DNA of 64,000 nucleotides, taken from assembly GCA_963727525.1 (NCBI GenBank), contig CAVSGO010000007.1, forward strand, positions 805,393 to 869,392. Direction: 5' to 3'. Position 1 is the stretch's first letter. Every line of letters starts with the position of its first letter. This DNA is from an uncultured bacterium. GTDB taxonomy: Bacteria > Krumholzibacteriota > Krumholzibacteriia > LZORAL124-64-63. The notes beneath the pieces were generated by a model, which saw nothing but the letters and a program-made list of their open reading frames with translations, had not been told where the DNA came from and did no database searches. The translations under genes and the position numbers were made by a program. Shown here one piece after another: positions 32,153-42,010 of the stretch.

Positions 32153-33081
32153 TCGAGGTCCAGGATCTGGTCAAGCGCTTCGGCGCGCTCACCGCGGTCG
32201 ATAGCATCAGCTTCGCCGTCGGCCGGGGCGAGCTCTTCGGTCTGCTCGGCCCCAACGGAGCCGGCAAGACCACGACCATCGCCATGCTCTCCACCCTGCT
32301 GCCCGCCGATGGCGGCCGCGCGATCGTCGCCGGCCTCGACGTCGCGAAGGATCCCGCGGGTGTGCGCCGGCGCATCGGCGTGGTGCCGCAGGAGATCGCG
32401 CTCTACGAGGATCTGAACGCTCGCGAGAACCTGCACTTCTGGGGGCGCCTCTATGGACTCGCGGGCGCCGACCTCGATCGCCACGTCGAGGCCATGCTCG
32501 AGCGGGTCGATCTGCGCGAGCACGCCCGCCAGCGGGTGTCCACCTTCTCCGGCGGCATGAAGCGTCGCCTCAACCTCGCGGCCGGCCTCATGCACAACCC
32601 GGAGGTGCTCTTTCTCGACGAGCCCACGGTCGGCATCGACGCGCAGGCCCGCAGTCGCATTCTGGAGTTGATCCAGGACATGAAGGCCAACGGTCTGACT
32701 GTGGTCTATACCACACATTACCTCGAGGAGGCGGAGCACCTCTGTGACCGCATTGGCGTGATCGATCAGGGGCGTCTGGTGGCGCTGGGGGACAAGGAGG
32801 ATCTCATCAGCCAGATTGGTGACGAGGATACGATCCGGCTCCAGCTTCCCGACGCTGTCGGCGACGCGCTGCAGGCCGCGGCAAGGACGTGGGCCGGGGT
32901 GACGGCGGTAGACACTCATGCGGGACGCGCGGAGATGCGCGTCGGAGACGGCGCGCGCGTCTTGCCCGTGCTGCAAGCGTGGCTCGACGCTCGCGGCCTG
33001 CCTCTGGCCGGGCTGGAGGTGGAGCGCCCCAACCTCGAGTCGCTCTACCTGAATCTCACCGGCCGGGCTCTGAGGGAGTAG
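32149..33081 (+). CDS. ABC transporter ATP-binding protein
   Basis: Walker A 'GPNGAGKTTT', signature 'FSGGMKRRLNLA', Walker B 'LFLDEP'; start overlaps acyltransferase stop. Confidence 0.8.
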   Translation: MIEVQDLVKRFGALTAVDSISFAVGRGELFGLLGPNGAGKTTTIAMLSTLLPADGGRAIVAGLDVAKDPAGVRRRIGVVPQEIALYEDLNARENLHFWGRLYGLAGADLDRHVEAMLERVDLREHARQRVSTFSGGMKRRLNLAAGLMHNPEVLFLDEPTVGIDAQARSRILELIQDMKANGLTVVYTTHYLEEAEHLCDRIGVIDQGRLVALGDKEDLISQIGDEDTIRLQLPDAVGDALQAAARTWAGVTAVDTHAGRAEMRVGDGARVLPVLQAWLDARGLPLAGLEVERPNLESLYLNLTGRALRE

Positions 33082-33082
33082 C

Positions 33083-34405
33083 ATGAACGTCGGCGTCCTC
33101 GTGACCAAGGACCTGCGCCGGCAATGGCGCGACCGCAAGTCGATCGTGATCCAGCTCGTCGTGCCGGTGCTGCTGACGGTCGTGATGGGCCTCAGCTTCG
33201 GCGGGGGCATTTTCGGCGATCAGGGCATCAGCGCCGTGCCCATGGCCCTGGTCGGCACCGACGTGCCGCAGGGTGTGCGCGACCGCCTCACCACTGCGCT
33301 CGAACAGACGAAGTTCTTCAAGGTCACCTGGACCGACAGCGCCCAGGCCGCGCAGAAGGTCGCCAACGGCGAGCTACAGGCCGCGCTCGTGCTGCCCGAC
33401 AGCCTGCTGCACCGCTTCCTCGCGGGGCGCGACCTGGAGTTGAAGCTCTGGAAGGACCCCAACAGCGAGATCAAGGCCGGTATCGTCGAGACCATCCTCA
33501 CCGAGGGGTTGCGCTCGCTGCAGTCGGGCGAGGCGGCATACTTCGCCCTGTGGCCGGAGACGGCGACCAGAGAGCCGAATCTCGACACCACGCCCCTCGG
33601 ACGCTTCCTCGACGGCGATCCGGCCCCACTCTGGCGCGAACTGCGCGCTCGCGATACGGAGGAACACGAGGAGCTGCTCACCTCCTTCGACCGCGCCTTC
33701 GCCTTTGCCGGCGCCATGAGGGAGCCGCGGATCCACCTCGATGTCTTCAATCGTAGCGACTGGCGTACCGCATCCCGCGAGGCGGCGAGTCGCAACATGT
33801 TCGACTACTTCCTGCCCTCGATCGCGGTGTTCTTCATGATGTGGGGCGTGGCGGCGATCGCCCGCGACTACCAGCGCGAACGCGACGCGCGCACGCTGGC
33901 GCGGGTGCTGCTGGGGCCGGTCACGTCGGCGGAGGTGCTGCTCGGCAAGTGGGCCACCGCGGTGATCGGCGGTGCCGTGCAGCTCAGCCTGCTCTTCGCG
34001 CTCGGTGCTGCCCTCTTCGGCATGCGCCTCGGCCCGGACCCCTTCGTGCTACTGATCGCCATCGTCTTCAGCTGCGCGGCGACGGCGAGCGTCTACATGG
34101 TGCTGGCCTTGCTGGCGCGCACCGAGAAGGCCCTCGATGCGCTGACGACGATCTTCACGCTCGTCAGCGGCATGCTGGGCGGCAACTTCTTCCCCACCGA
34201 CTTCATGCCGCCCGCGCTGCACGTGGTGGGCAAGATCACGTTCAACTACTGGGCGAACAGTGCCTTCAGCGAGATCATCGTGCATGACCGCGGCCTCGCC
34301 GCGGTGGCCGTTGAACTCGGCGTGCTGCTGGCGATCACGGCCGTGGGTCTGCTCGTGAGTCTGACGCTGCTGACCGCGGCGCGCCGACGGGGGGTGGCGG
34401 CATGA
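33083..34405 (+). CDS. ABC-2 family transporter permease (large extracytoplasmic loop after TM1)
   Basis: TM1 + ~180 aa loop + 5 C-terminal TM helices, typical ABC-2 topology. Confidence 0.65.
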   Translation: MNVGVLVTKDLRRQWRDRKSIVIQLVVPVLLTVVMGLSFGGGIFGDQGISAVPMALVGTDVPQGVRDRLTTALEQTKFFKVTWTDSAQAAQKVANGELQAALVLPDSLLHRFLAGRDLELKLWKDPNSEIKAGIVETILTEGLRSLQSGEAAYFALWPETATREPNLDTTPLGRFLDGDPAPLWRELRARDTEEHEELLTSFDRAFAFAGAMREPRIHLDVFNRSDWRTASREAASRNMFDYFLPSIAVFFMMWGVAAIARDYQRERDARTLARVLLGPVTSAEVLLGKWATAVIGGAVQLSLLFALGAALFGMRLGPDPFVLLIAIVFSCAATASVYMVLALLARTEKALDALTTIFTLVSGMLGGNFFPTDFMPPALHVVGKITFNYWANSAFSEIIVHDRGLAAVAVELGVLLAITAVGLLVSLTLLTAARRRGVAA

Positions 34406-35616
34406 ACCCGCGTTTCGTGGCGGTGATCGTCGCCTTGCGCCTGCGGCGCATCCTCGCCGACCGGGCGAACATCATCTGGCTGCTCGTGATGCCGCTGATC
34501 TTCGCCTTCCTCATGGGGATGCTGATGGGCGACTGGAGCGCTGCGCGCCCGCGGCCGCTCGTCGTGGTGGCGGCACCGGATAGCAGTGCCTCCCTGGCCA
34601 CGCTCATGGCACCACTGCTGGCGAGCGGGGCGTTCCGTGTCACGCGGATCGATTCCGTCTTCACGGCCGACGACGCCCGCGCTCTCGTCGACGATACGTG
34701 GGCGTCCGCGGTGCTGCTCGTGAATCCGGGTTTCGGCGACAGTCTCGCCGCCGGCCTCGCGCCGCATCTGCGCTTTTACCAGGACGGCGGTCGCACGAGC
34801 GCCCAGAGGGCGCGCCAGGCCTTGGCCACAGCGGTGTCCCGACTCGAGGCCGAGGTCAGCGCGCGGACGCTCGTGGCTGCCGATCCAGCACAGGTTGCGC
34901 GCGGCGAAGCCATGGCCTTCGACGACTCGGTCTTCTCCGACGCCCTCGCCCATCCGCGCCTACGTCTGGCGGTGTCGTCGCTCGGTCGCAGCCGCTACGA
35001 GGACCTCGCGCTCACCGACGCGCGTCAGCACTCGGGACCGGCCTACACGCTCATGTTCACGCTCATGTTTCTGCTGATGTCGGCCAAGGATCTCGTGGCC
35101 GAGCGTAAGCAGCGTACGCTCGACCGCCTGCGCTTGAGTCACATCAGCGCGGCCGATCTCACGGTAGGCTATTTCCTCGGCGGCTTCCTGATCGGGGTGC
35201 TGCAGATGGGCGTGCTCCTGACGCTGAACAGCCTGCTCTTCGGCATCGACTACGGCAACTCCCCCATCACCCTCGCACTCATGGCCGTGCTGTTCACGGC
35301 GACGGCGGCGGCGATGGGGTTGCTCCTGGGAAGCCTCGCGCGCACACCGGCGCAAGCGGACGCACTGGGGATGGTCCTTGGCATGTCGTTGCCGGCCCTC
35401 GGCGGTCTGTGGTGGCCGCTTGAGATCACGCCGAAGTTCATGCAGAGCCTCGGCCATGCGCTGCCGACTGGCCAGGCCATCACGATCCTCCACGGACTGA
35501 TCGGCCGCGGCACCGGCCTCGCGGAGGCGGTGCCGTACCTGGCCGGACTGCTGGCCTGGACGCTGGCGATACTTGTCGCGGCGGTCCTGGCATTCCAGCG
35601 GAGGGCCGCCACCTAG
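34402..35616 (+). CDS. ABC-2 family transporter permease (second permease)
   Basis: Same topology as previous gene; ATGA overlap. Confidence 0.65.
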   Translation: MNPRFVAVIVALRLRRILADRANIIWLLVMPLIFAFLMGMLMGDWSAARPRPLVVVAAPDSSASLATLMAPLLASGAFRVTRIDSVFTADDARALVDDTWASAVLLVNPGFGDSLAAGLAPHLRFYQDGGRTSAQRARQALATAVSRLEAEVSARTLVAADPAQVARGEAMAFDDSVFSDALAHPRLRLAVSSLGRSRYEDLALTDARQHSGPAYTLMFTLMFLLMSAKDLVAERKQRTLDRLRLSHISAADLTVGYFLGGFLIGVLQMGVLLTLNSLLFGIDYGNSPITLALMAVLFTATAAAMGLLLGSLARTPAQADALGMVLGMSLPALGGLWWPLEITPKFMQSLGHALPTGQAITILHGLIGRGTGLAEAVPYLAGLLAWTLAILVAAVLAFQRRAAT

Positions 35617-35619
35617 GGA

Positions 35620-35955
35620 CTATTCCGGCTGGAAGCCGATGGAACCGTGCTGCTCCTGGGGGCCGGGCAGGCGGATCTCGCCATGGGTCTTCTCGAAGCG
35701 CTCGATATTTTCGCCGAGCGAGCGCTGCAAGGCCTTGGCGCCCGCGGGCGTCATGATGACCCGCGCGTGCACCTTTGCCTTGGGCACACCCGGCAGCAAG
35801 CGCGCGAAGTCGAGCACGAACTCGCTGGGGCTGTGGGTGATGATCGTCAGGTTGGCGAACACGCCATCGGCCGCCCCGGTACTCAGGTCCACCGTGATCT
35901 GCTGTTTTTGCTGGTTCATGCCCGTCCTTCCGGAGACCCCTGCGTCCGGGGCCAC
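35620..35955 (-). CDS. DUF3467-like small protein
   Basis: 111 aa; 'ANLTIITHSPSEFVLDFARL' resembles the DUF3467 core; convergent, 3-nt gap from ABC permease stop. Confidence 0.5.
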   Translation of the reverse strand: MAPDAGVSGRTGMNQQKQQITVDLSTGAADGVFANLTIITHSPSEFVLDFARLLPGVPKAKVHARVIMTPAGAKALQRSLGENIERFEKTHGEIRLPGPQEQHGSIGFQPE

Positions 35956-36035
35956 CGCGTTGACACGGCCGACGCCGCGATGCTAGGTTGCGGCGCCGGA
36001 TCTGGCCCGTCCACCGCGTCGAAAGATTGGAACCG

Positions 36036-37019
36036 ATGCACGATAAGTTCAAGGAGATCCTCGGCCGCTGCCAGGGCTTGCGCCTCGCCGTGGTCGGCGA
36101 CGGCATGGTCGACCGCTTCCTTTTCGGTCAGTGCGACCGCATCAGTCCCGAGGCACCGGTCCCCGTGGTGCGGCTGGAACGCGAGGTGCTCAAGCTCGGC
36201 GGCGCGGCCAACGTGGCGGCGAACATCCGCGCGCTCGGAGCCCGGGTGTGTCTGGTCAGCGTGTGCGGCGACGACGACACCGCGGCCGGCCTGCGCGGCC
36301 TCCTCGCGGAGCGGGGGATCGAGTCCGACGGCCTCGTAGCGCTTTCCGACCGCCCCACGACCGTGAAGACCCGCATCATCGCGCAGCACCAGCAGATCGT
36401 CCGCGCCGACCGCGAGAACCCGACCCCGGTGGTCGGCGCCGGGGCGGACGCGCTCATTGCGCGCCTCGAGGCGCTTGGCCCCTTCGACGGCTACGTGCTC
36501 AGCGATTACGGCAAGGGCGTGCTCACCGACGCCACCCTCGCTGCCGTGATCACCCGCGCCCAGTCGGAGGGTCGGGTGGTCGTGGTCGATCCCAAGCAGG
36601 GTGACTACGCTCAGTACCGGGGCGCCACGTCGCTCACGCCGAATCAGCGCGAGGCCGCGGCCGCCTGTGCGATGACCATCCACGACGACGCCTCGCTCAC
36701 GCGGGCCGGCCAGCTGCTGCTGGAACGGACGGCGGCCGAGAGCGTGCTGATCACGCGGGGCGAGCACGGCATGGCGCTCTTCCTGCGCGACGGGGCGGAG
36801 CATCATCTCGCCACGGAGGCGACCGAGGTCTTCGATGTCACCGGCGCGGGCGACACCGTCATCGCCGCCTTCACCACGGCAATCGTTGCGGGCGCCGACG
36901 CGGTCACCGCGGCCTCCCTGGCCAACCACGCGGCGGGCGTCGCCGTGCGGGAGCTCGGCACCGCCGCCGTCACGGCCGTACAGATCCTCGCGCTCGCGGG
37001 AAGGGACCGGCATGCGTGA
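36036..37019 (+). CDS. hldE: D-glycero-beta-D-manno-heptose-7-phosphate kinase (RfaE/HldE domain I, PfkB family)
   Basis: 'LAVVGDGMVDRFLFG...RISPEAPVPVV', C-terminal 'VFDVTGAGDTVIAAF' ribokinase-family motif. Confidence 0.75.
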   Translation: MHDKFKEILGRCQGLRLAVVGDGMVDRFLFGQCDRISPEAPVPVVRLEREVLKLGGAANVAANIRALGARVCLVSVCGDDDTAAGLRGLLAERGIESDGLVALSDRPTTVKTRIIAQHQQIVRADRENPTPVVGAGADALIARLEALGPFDGYVLSDYGKGVLTDATLAAVITRAQSEGRVVVVDPKQGDYAQYRGATSLTPNQREAAAACAMTIHDDASLTRAGQLLLERTAAESVLITRGEHGMALFLRDGAEHHLATEATEVFDVTGAGDTVIAAFTTAIVAGADAVTAASLANHAAGVAVRELGTAAVTAVQILALAGRDRHA

Positions 37020-37506
37020 CGTCGACCTGGGGCTCATCCTCGCGCCTGATGAGCTGGCGGCTTGGGCGCAGGCGCACCATGACATCGGCCGCACCATTGC
37101 GTTCACCAACGGCTGCTTCGATCTCCTGCACGCCGGCCATCTGTGGAGCCTGGCCGAGGCCGCCCGCCAGGCCGACCACCTGCTCGTGGCCGTCAACAGC
37201 GACAGCTCCACCCGTCAGCTCAAGGGGCCCACCCGCCCGCTCGTCGACGAGGTCTCCCGAGCGGCCCTCGTGGCCGCCTTGCGACCGGTATCCGCGGTGA
37301 CCATATTTGCCGAACCAACGCCGCTCGACACCATCTTGACGGTGCGGCCGGACGTACTCGTGAAGGGGTCCGAGTACGCGGAGAGCGAGATCGTCGGCGC
37401 CCGGGAGATCACAGCCTGGGGCGGCGCGATCTTCCGGGTGCCCATGCGCGCCGGTTGGTCGACCTCTGCCATCATCTCTGCGATCAGGCAGAAGGAGAAA
37501 CCATGA
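37012..37506 (+). CDS. D-glycero-beta-D-manno-heptose-1-phosphate adenylyltransferase (RfaE/HldE domain II, cytidylyltransferase-like)
   Basis: 'AFTNGCFDLLHAGHL' HxGH nucleotidyltransferase motif, 164 aa; overlaps upstream stop. Confidence 0.75.
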   Translation: MRDVDLGLILAPDELAAWAQAHHDIGRTIAFTNGCFDLLHAGHLWSLAEAARQADHLLVAVNSDSSTRQLKGPTRPLVDEVSRAALVAALRPVSAVTIFAEPTPLDTILTVRPDVLVKGSEYAESEIVGAREITAWGGAIFRVPMRAGWSTSAIISAIRQKEKP

Positions 37507-38822
37507 GCAGGCAACGCGTGATCATCCTCGGCGCCGCCGGGCGCGACTTCCACAATTTCAACTGCCGCTACCGGGGCAACCAGGAATACGAGGTGGTCGC
37601 CTTCACGGCCACCCAGATTCCCGACATCGACGGCCGCCGCTATCCCGCCGCTCTCGCCGGCGAACTTTATCCGCAGGGCATTCCGATCGAGGACGAGAGC
37701 CGTCTCGAAGATCTCATCGTCGAGTTGAAGGCCGACGTTTGCGTCATGGCCTACAGCGACCGTTCCTACGATCAGACGATGAGCCTGGGCAGCCGTGTCA
37801 ACGCTGCGGGCTGCGACTTCCTGTTCATGGGCGAGCGCGACACCCAGGTCAAGAGTACCAAGCCGGTGATCAGCGTCTGCGCCGTGCGCACCGGCTGCGG
37901 CAAGAGCCAGACCAGCCGCGCCATCTGCCGCATCCTGCGCGCCGCGGGCAAGAAGGTCGTGGCGATCCGCCATCCGATGCCGTACGGAGATCTCGTAGCT
38001 CAGCGCGTGCAACGCTTCGCCACGGTCGAGGATCTCGCCAAGCACAAGTGCACCATCGAGGAGATGGAAGAGTACGAGCCACACATTGCGGCCGGTGGTG
38101 TGATCTACGCGGGTGTCGACTACGAGGCCATCCTGCGCGAAGCCGAGAAGGAAGCCGACATCATCCTGTGGGACGGCGGCAACAACGACACGCCGTTCTA
38201 CAAGAGCGACCTGCACATCGTGGTGGCCGATCCCCACCGCGCGGGGCACGAGTTGACGTACTACCCCAGCGAGACGAACATCCGCCTGGCCGACGTCGTG
38301 ATCATCAACAAGGAAGTCGAGGCCGAATTCGAGGACATCCAGACCGTGCGCGACAACGTGGCCATGGTGAATCCGGATGCCATCATCATCGACGCGGCGA
38401 GCCCGCTCACGGTCGAGGGCGATCCCGCCCTCGTACGCGGCAAACGCGTGCTCGTGGTCGAGGACGGCCCCACGCTCACGCATGGCCAGATGACCTACGG
38501 CGCCGGCGTCGTGGCGGCCATGCGCCTGGGCGCCGAGGAACTGGTCGATCCGCGCCCATGGGCCGTCGGGCGCCTCGCGGAGACCTTCGAGCGCTATCCG
38601 GAGATCGGCACGCTGTTGCCGGCCATGGGCTACGGTGACGAGCAGGTGGCCGACCTGGAAAAGACGATCAATGCCGTCGATTGCGACACCGTCGTCATCG
38701 GCACACCGATCGATCTGAATCGGGTCGTCAAGATCAAGAAACCGACCGTCCGGATCGGTTACGAACTGCAGGAGATCGGCCAGCCCGACCTGCGTTCCGT
38801 GCTCGCGCGCTTTCTCCACTAG
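37503..38822 (+). CDS. P-loop NTPase resembling cyclic 2,3-diphosphoglycerate synthetase (CPGS) family; function unknown
   Basis: 439 aa; N-terminal Rossmann-like 'VIILGAAGRDFHNF', central P-loop 'VISVCAVRTGCGKSQTS', domain order as I recall for the CPGS family; AGGAG RBS 37492-37496; ATGA-coupled to previous gene. Confidence 0.4.
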   Translation: MSRQRVIILGAAGRDFHNFNCRYRGNQEYEVVAFTATQIPDIDGRRYPAALAGELYPQGIPIEDESRLEDLIVELKADVCVMAYSDRSYDQTMSLGSRVNAAGCDFLFMGERDTQVKSTKPVISVCAVRTGCGKSQTSRAICRILRAAGKKVVAIRHPMPYGDLVAQRVQRFATVEDLAKHKCTIEEMEEYEPHIAAGGVIYAGVDYEAILREAEKEADIILWDGGNNDTPFYKSDLHIVVADPHRAGHELTYYPSETNIRLADVVIINKEVEAEFEDIQTVRDNVAMVNPDAIIIDAASPLTVEGDPALVRGKRVLVVEDGPTLTHGQMTYGAGVVAAMRLGAEELVDPRPWAVGRLAETFERYPEIGTLLPAMGYGDEQVADLEKTINAVDCDTVVIGTPIDLNRVVKIKKPTVRIGYELQEIGQPDLRSVLARFLH

Positions 38823-38855
38823 ATTCTGGCAAAAGCCATAAAAAACACTACCATT

Positions 38856-38888
38856 GAGTCCGGCCCGCAGGGGCCGGACTCGCTTTCT
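38856..38888 (+). terminator. rho-independent terminator (stem GAGTCCGGCCC/GGGCCGGACTC, loop GCAG, then GCTTTCT)
   Basis: 11-bp GC stem followed by T-rich tract 34 nt after the stop of 37503-38822. Confidence 0.55.
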
Positions 38889-38917
38889 CGGTGGGAGCAA
38901 CCGGACGGGAGGACGTG

Positions 38918-40066
38918 GTGAACATCCACGAGTACCAGGCACGCGAGATCTTTGCGGCGGCCGGCTTGCCGGTGCCGCCCGGTAAGGTGGCCACGACCGC
39001 GGCCGAGGCGCAGGCCCACGCGCAGGAACTGGGTCTGCCCGTGATGGTCAAGGCGCAGGTGCTGACCGGCGGCCGCGGCAAGGCGGGCGGTGTGAAGTTC
39101 TGTGCGTCACACGAGGACGTCACGAAGAACGCCACGGCCATCCTCGGCATGGACATCAAGGGGCATACGGTGCGCAAGGTCCTGGTGACCCCGGCCGTCG
39201 ACATCGCCTCGGAATACTATCTCGGCATGCTGGTCGACCGCCGCGTTGGCCGCGTGCTGCTCATGGCCAGCGCCGAGGGCGGCGTCGAGATCGAACAGGT
39301 CGCCAGGGACGCCCCCGAGGCCATCCTCAAGTACGAGATCGACCCGCGCTATGGTCTGCTCGATCACGAGGCCATGAGTGTCGCGCTCGCGCTCACGAAG
39401 AGCGACATCGCCAAGGCGCGCCAGATCGCGGCCACGCTCAAGAAGCTGTACGCCGCGTTCATGTCGGCCGACGCCAGCCTGGCCGAGGTCAACCCGTTCA
39501 TCTTCACGCCCGACGGCAAGGGCCTGGCGATCGATGCCAAGGTCAACCTCGATGACAACGCGATGTTCCGGCACCCCGATTACGAGGGCAAGCGCGACGT
39601 GGAGGCCGAGGATCCGAGCGAGCGGCTCGCACGCGAGGCGGGTCTCAGCTTCGTCAAGCTGTCCGGCAGCGTCGGCTGCCTCGTCAACGGCGCCGGCCTG
39701 GCCATGGCCACGATGGACCTGGTGAAGTACTACGGCGGTGCGCCGGCCAACTTCCTCGACATCGGCGGCAGTTCCAATCCGGGCAAGGTGGTCAACGCGC
39801 TGCGTATCATCCTTTCCGATACCGAGGTCAAGGCGATCCTCTTCAACATCTTCGGCGGCATCACCCGCTGCGACGACGTGGCCCGCGGCATCATCGAGGC
39901 CACCAATGCCCTCAACATCCGGGTGCCCATCGTCGTGCGCCTCACTGGGACCAACGAGGCCGAGGCCCGCGAGCTGCTGGCGTCGACGCAGCTCGTGCCG
40001 GCGGCCGACATGGACGAAGCCGTCAAGAAGGCGATCGAGCTGGCCGGCGCGGACACGAGCGCCTGA
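38918..40066 (+). CDS. sucC: succinyl-CoA ligase (ADP-forming) beta subunit
   Basis: 'MNIHEYQAREIFAAAGLPVP', ATP-grasp, 'GGRGKAGGVK'; GTG start after GGGAGGA. Confidence 0.9.
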   Translation: MNIHEYQAREIFAAAGLPVPPGKVATTAAEAQAHAQELGLPVMVKAQVLTGGRGKAGGVKFCASHEDVTKNATAILGMDIKGHTVRKVLVTPAVDIASEYYLGMLVDRRVGRVLLMASAEGGVEIEQVARDAPEAILKYEIDPRYGLLDHEAMSVALALTKSDIAKARQIAATLKKLYAAFMSADASLAEVNPFIFTPDGKGLAIDAKVNLDDNAMFRHPDYEGKRDVEAEDPSERLAREAGLSFVKLSGSVGCLVNGAGLAMATMDLVKYYGGAPANFLDIGGSSNPGKVVNALRIILSDTEVKAILFNIFGGITRCDDVARGIIEATNALNIRVPIVVRLTGTNEAEARELLASTQLVPAADMDEAVKKAIELAGADTSA

Positions 40067-40106
40067 GAACCCGTGACGACCGACCACGGTCGAGGAGGAC
40101 GTAGCG

Positions 40107-40982
40107 ATGGCGATCTTCGTGGACAGCGACACCCGGGTGCTCGTGCAAGGCATCACCGGTCGTGATGGCAGTTTCCACGCGCAGCAGATGCTTGAGTACG
40201 GGACAGCGCTCGTGGCCGGGGTCACGCCCGGGAAGGGTGGACAGACCTTCGCCGACACGGTGCCCGTCTTCGACACCGTGAAGGATGCGGTCGAGGCCAC
40301 GGATGCGAACACGTCGGTGATCTTCGTTCCACCGCCGTTCGCGGCGGGAGCGGTGCTCGAGGCGGCCGACGCCGGCATCGAGCTGGTGGTGTGCATCACC
40401 GAGGGGGTGCCCACCCTCGACATGGTCAAGGTCATGCCGTACCTGCACGAGCGCGGCACGCGCCTCATCGGTCCCAACTGCCCGGGCATGCTGGCGCCGG
40501 GCATCGCCAAGCTGGGCATCATGCCGGCGAGCATCGTGAAGGAAGGGCACGTCGGCGTGGTCTCGCGCAGCGGCACGCTCACCTACGAGGTCGTGTGGCA
40601 GCTCACATCCGCCGGGCTGGGGCAGAGCACCTGCCTGGGCATCGGTGGCGACCCGGTCATCGGCACCACGTTCATGGACGCGGTGCGGGCCTTCGCCGAC
40701 GACCCCGAGACCCATGCCCTGGTCCTGATCGGCGAGATCGGCGGTGACGCCGAGGAGCAGGCGGCGGCCTACATCCAGGACCACGTGGAAATGCCGGTCG
40801 TGGCGTTCATCGCCGGCCAGACGGCTCCTCCCGGCAAGCGCATGGGCCATGCCGGCGCCATCGTCTCCGGCGGCACCGGCCTGGCGGCCGACAAGAAGAA
40901 GGCACTCGAGGCGGCCGGTATCCCGGTGGCAGAGCGAGCCATTGATATCGTGCCCAAGCTCGAGGGCATCTGGAAGAAGTAG
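40107..40982 (+). CDS. sucD: succinyl-CoA ligase alpha subunit
   Basis: '[18 protein letters not shown]', 'NCPG', catalytic His region 'MGHAGAI'. Confidence 0.9.
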   Translation: MAIFVDSDTRVLVQGITGRDGSFHAQQMLEYGTALVAGVTPGKGGQTFADTVPVFDTVKDAVEATDANTSVIFVPPPFAAGAVLEAADAGIELVVCITEGVPTLDMVKVMPYLHERGTRLIGPNCPGMLAPGIAKLGIMPASIVKEGHVGVVSRSGTLTYEVVWQLTSAGLGQSTCLGIGGDPVIGTTFMDAVRAFADDPETHALVLIGEIGGDAEEQAAAYIQDHVEMPVVAFIAGQTAPPGKRMGHAGAIVSGGTGLAADKKKALEAAGIPVAERAIDIVPKLEGIWKK

Positions 40983-41012
40983 AGACTAAGCCCAACGGGG
41001 AGCGAGAGATCC

Positions 41013-41420
41013 GTGCAGCAGACGTACTTCATGATCAAGCCCGAGATCGTAGCGGCTCAGCCCCAGCAGATCGGGGCCATTCTCCAGGCGGTATGCGAGG
41101 CGGGTTTCCGCATCGTCGATATGGCCCTGCGGCGGCTGCCGGCCGATCTGGTCGCCGATTTCTACGGCGAGCACCGCGGCAAGCCGTTCTACGACGATCT
41201 CGTGGGTTACATCACCTCCGGTCCCGTCGTCGCCGTACGCCTCGAGGCTGATGCCGCGGTGGCGCGGTTGCGTGAGGTGATCGGCGCCACCGACCCGGCG
41301 AACGCCGTTCCGGGGACGATCCGGGCTCGTTTCGGGGCATCGCTCCAGAACAACGCGGTGCATGCGTCGGCCAATCCGACCGATGCGGCCCGCGAACTGG
41401 CGCTGATCTTCGGGGACTGA
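41013..41420 (+). CDS. ndk: nucleoside diphosphate kinase
   Basis: 'TYFMIKPE', 'NAVHASAN' (active-site His), 135 aa; GTG start. Confidence 0.9.
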   Translation: MQQTYFMIKPEIVAAQPQQIGAILQAVCEAGFRIVDMALRRLPADLVADFYGEHRGKPFYDDLVGYITSGPVVAVRLEADAAVARLREVIGATDPANAVPGTIRARFGASLQNNAVHASANPTDAARELALIFGD

Positions 41421-41438
41421 TGGCGCCAGCGGCCCATC

Positions 41439-41467
41439 TTGACAGTAACTGATTAGCGACTTAGAGT
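41439..41467 (+). promoter_or_regulatory. sigma70-like promoter TTGACA-N17-TAGAGT upstream of yceD-rpmF-plsX-fab operon
   Basis: Exact -35 hexamer, 17-nt spacer, good -10; only ~9 nt before the annotated yceD ATG, so start codon or leader length is uncertain. Confidence 0.35.
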
Positions 41468-41476
41468 TGCCCGCTC

Positions 41477-41962
41477 ATGAGACTGGATCTCGACAGAACC
41501 CCCAACGGTGCTTCTGACCTTCCCCTGGCGGGAGATCTGGGGCTGGACTTCGGCGCCGGCGGGCCGAATGCCGTGCACATCGACGGCACGTTGCGGGTGG
41601 ACAACCTCGAGAGCCGGCTCGTGGTACGCGGAGAGGTGAATGCGACGGGCGACGCCGAATGCGGACGTTGCCTGAACACGTTTTCCCTGTCCTTTCCGGT
41701 GCCGGTGGAGATCGTGGTCCTCAGGGATACGGACACCGGCGAGGACGACGAGGGCGAGACGCTGGTCATCCACCAGCGTCGCGGCGAGGTCGACCTGACC
41801 GACGCCGTACGCGAGGCGGCAGTCCTGGCGGTGCCGCAATTGCGGGTCTGTTGCGAGGACTGCCGGGGCCTGTGCCCGACGTGCGGGGCGGATCTGAACC
41901 GCACGACGTGCGAATGTGACAACGAGGACGCCGATCCGCGCTGGGACGGCCTGCCCGAGTAG
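41477..41962 (+). CDS. yceD: YceD/DUF177 family protein (23S rRNA accumulation protein)
   Basis: C-terminal 'CEDCRGLCPTCGADLN...CEC' zinc-ribbon; conserved position upstream of rpmF-plsX. Confidence 0.7.
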   Translation: MRLDLDRTPNGASDLPLAGDLGLDFGAGGPNAVHIDGTLRVDNLESRLVVRGEVNATGDAECGRCLNTFSLSFPVPVEIVVLRDTDTGEDDEGETLVIHQRRGEVDLTDAVREAAVLAVPQLRVCCEDCRGLCPTCGADLNRTTCECDNEDADPRWDGLPE

Positions 41963-42010
41963 GCGACCGTGCGCGACCGGGGTCACGCAACGATTCAGGA
42001 GATCCGAGCG

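Noticed and set aside
38823-38855. TGGCAAAAGCC...ATAAAAA upstream of sucC as sigma54 promoter
   Set aside because: Lacks the -12 GC element at correct spacing; more likely just the AT-rich terminator/promoter spacer
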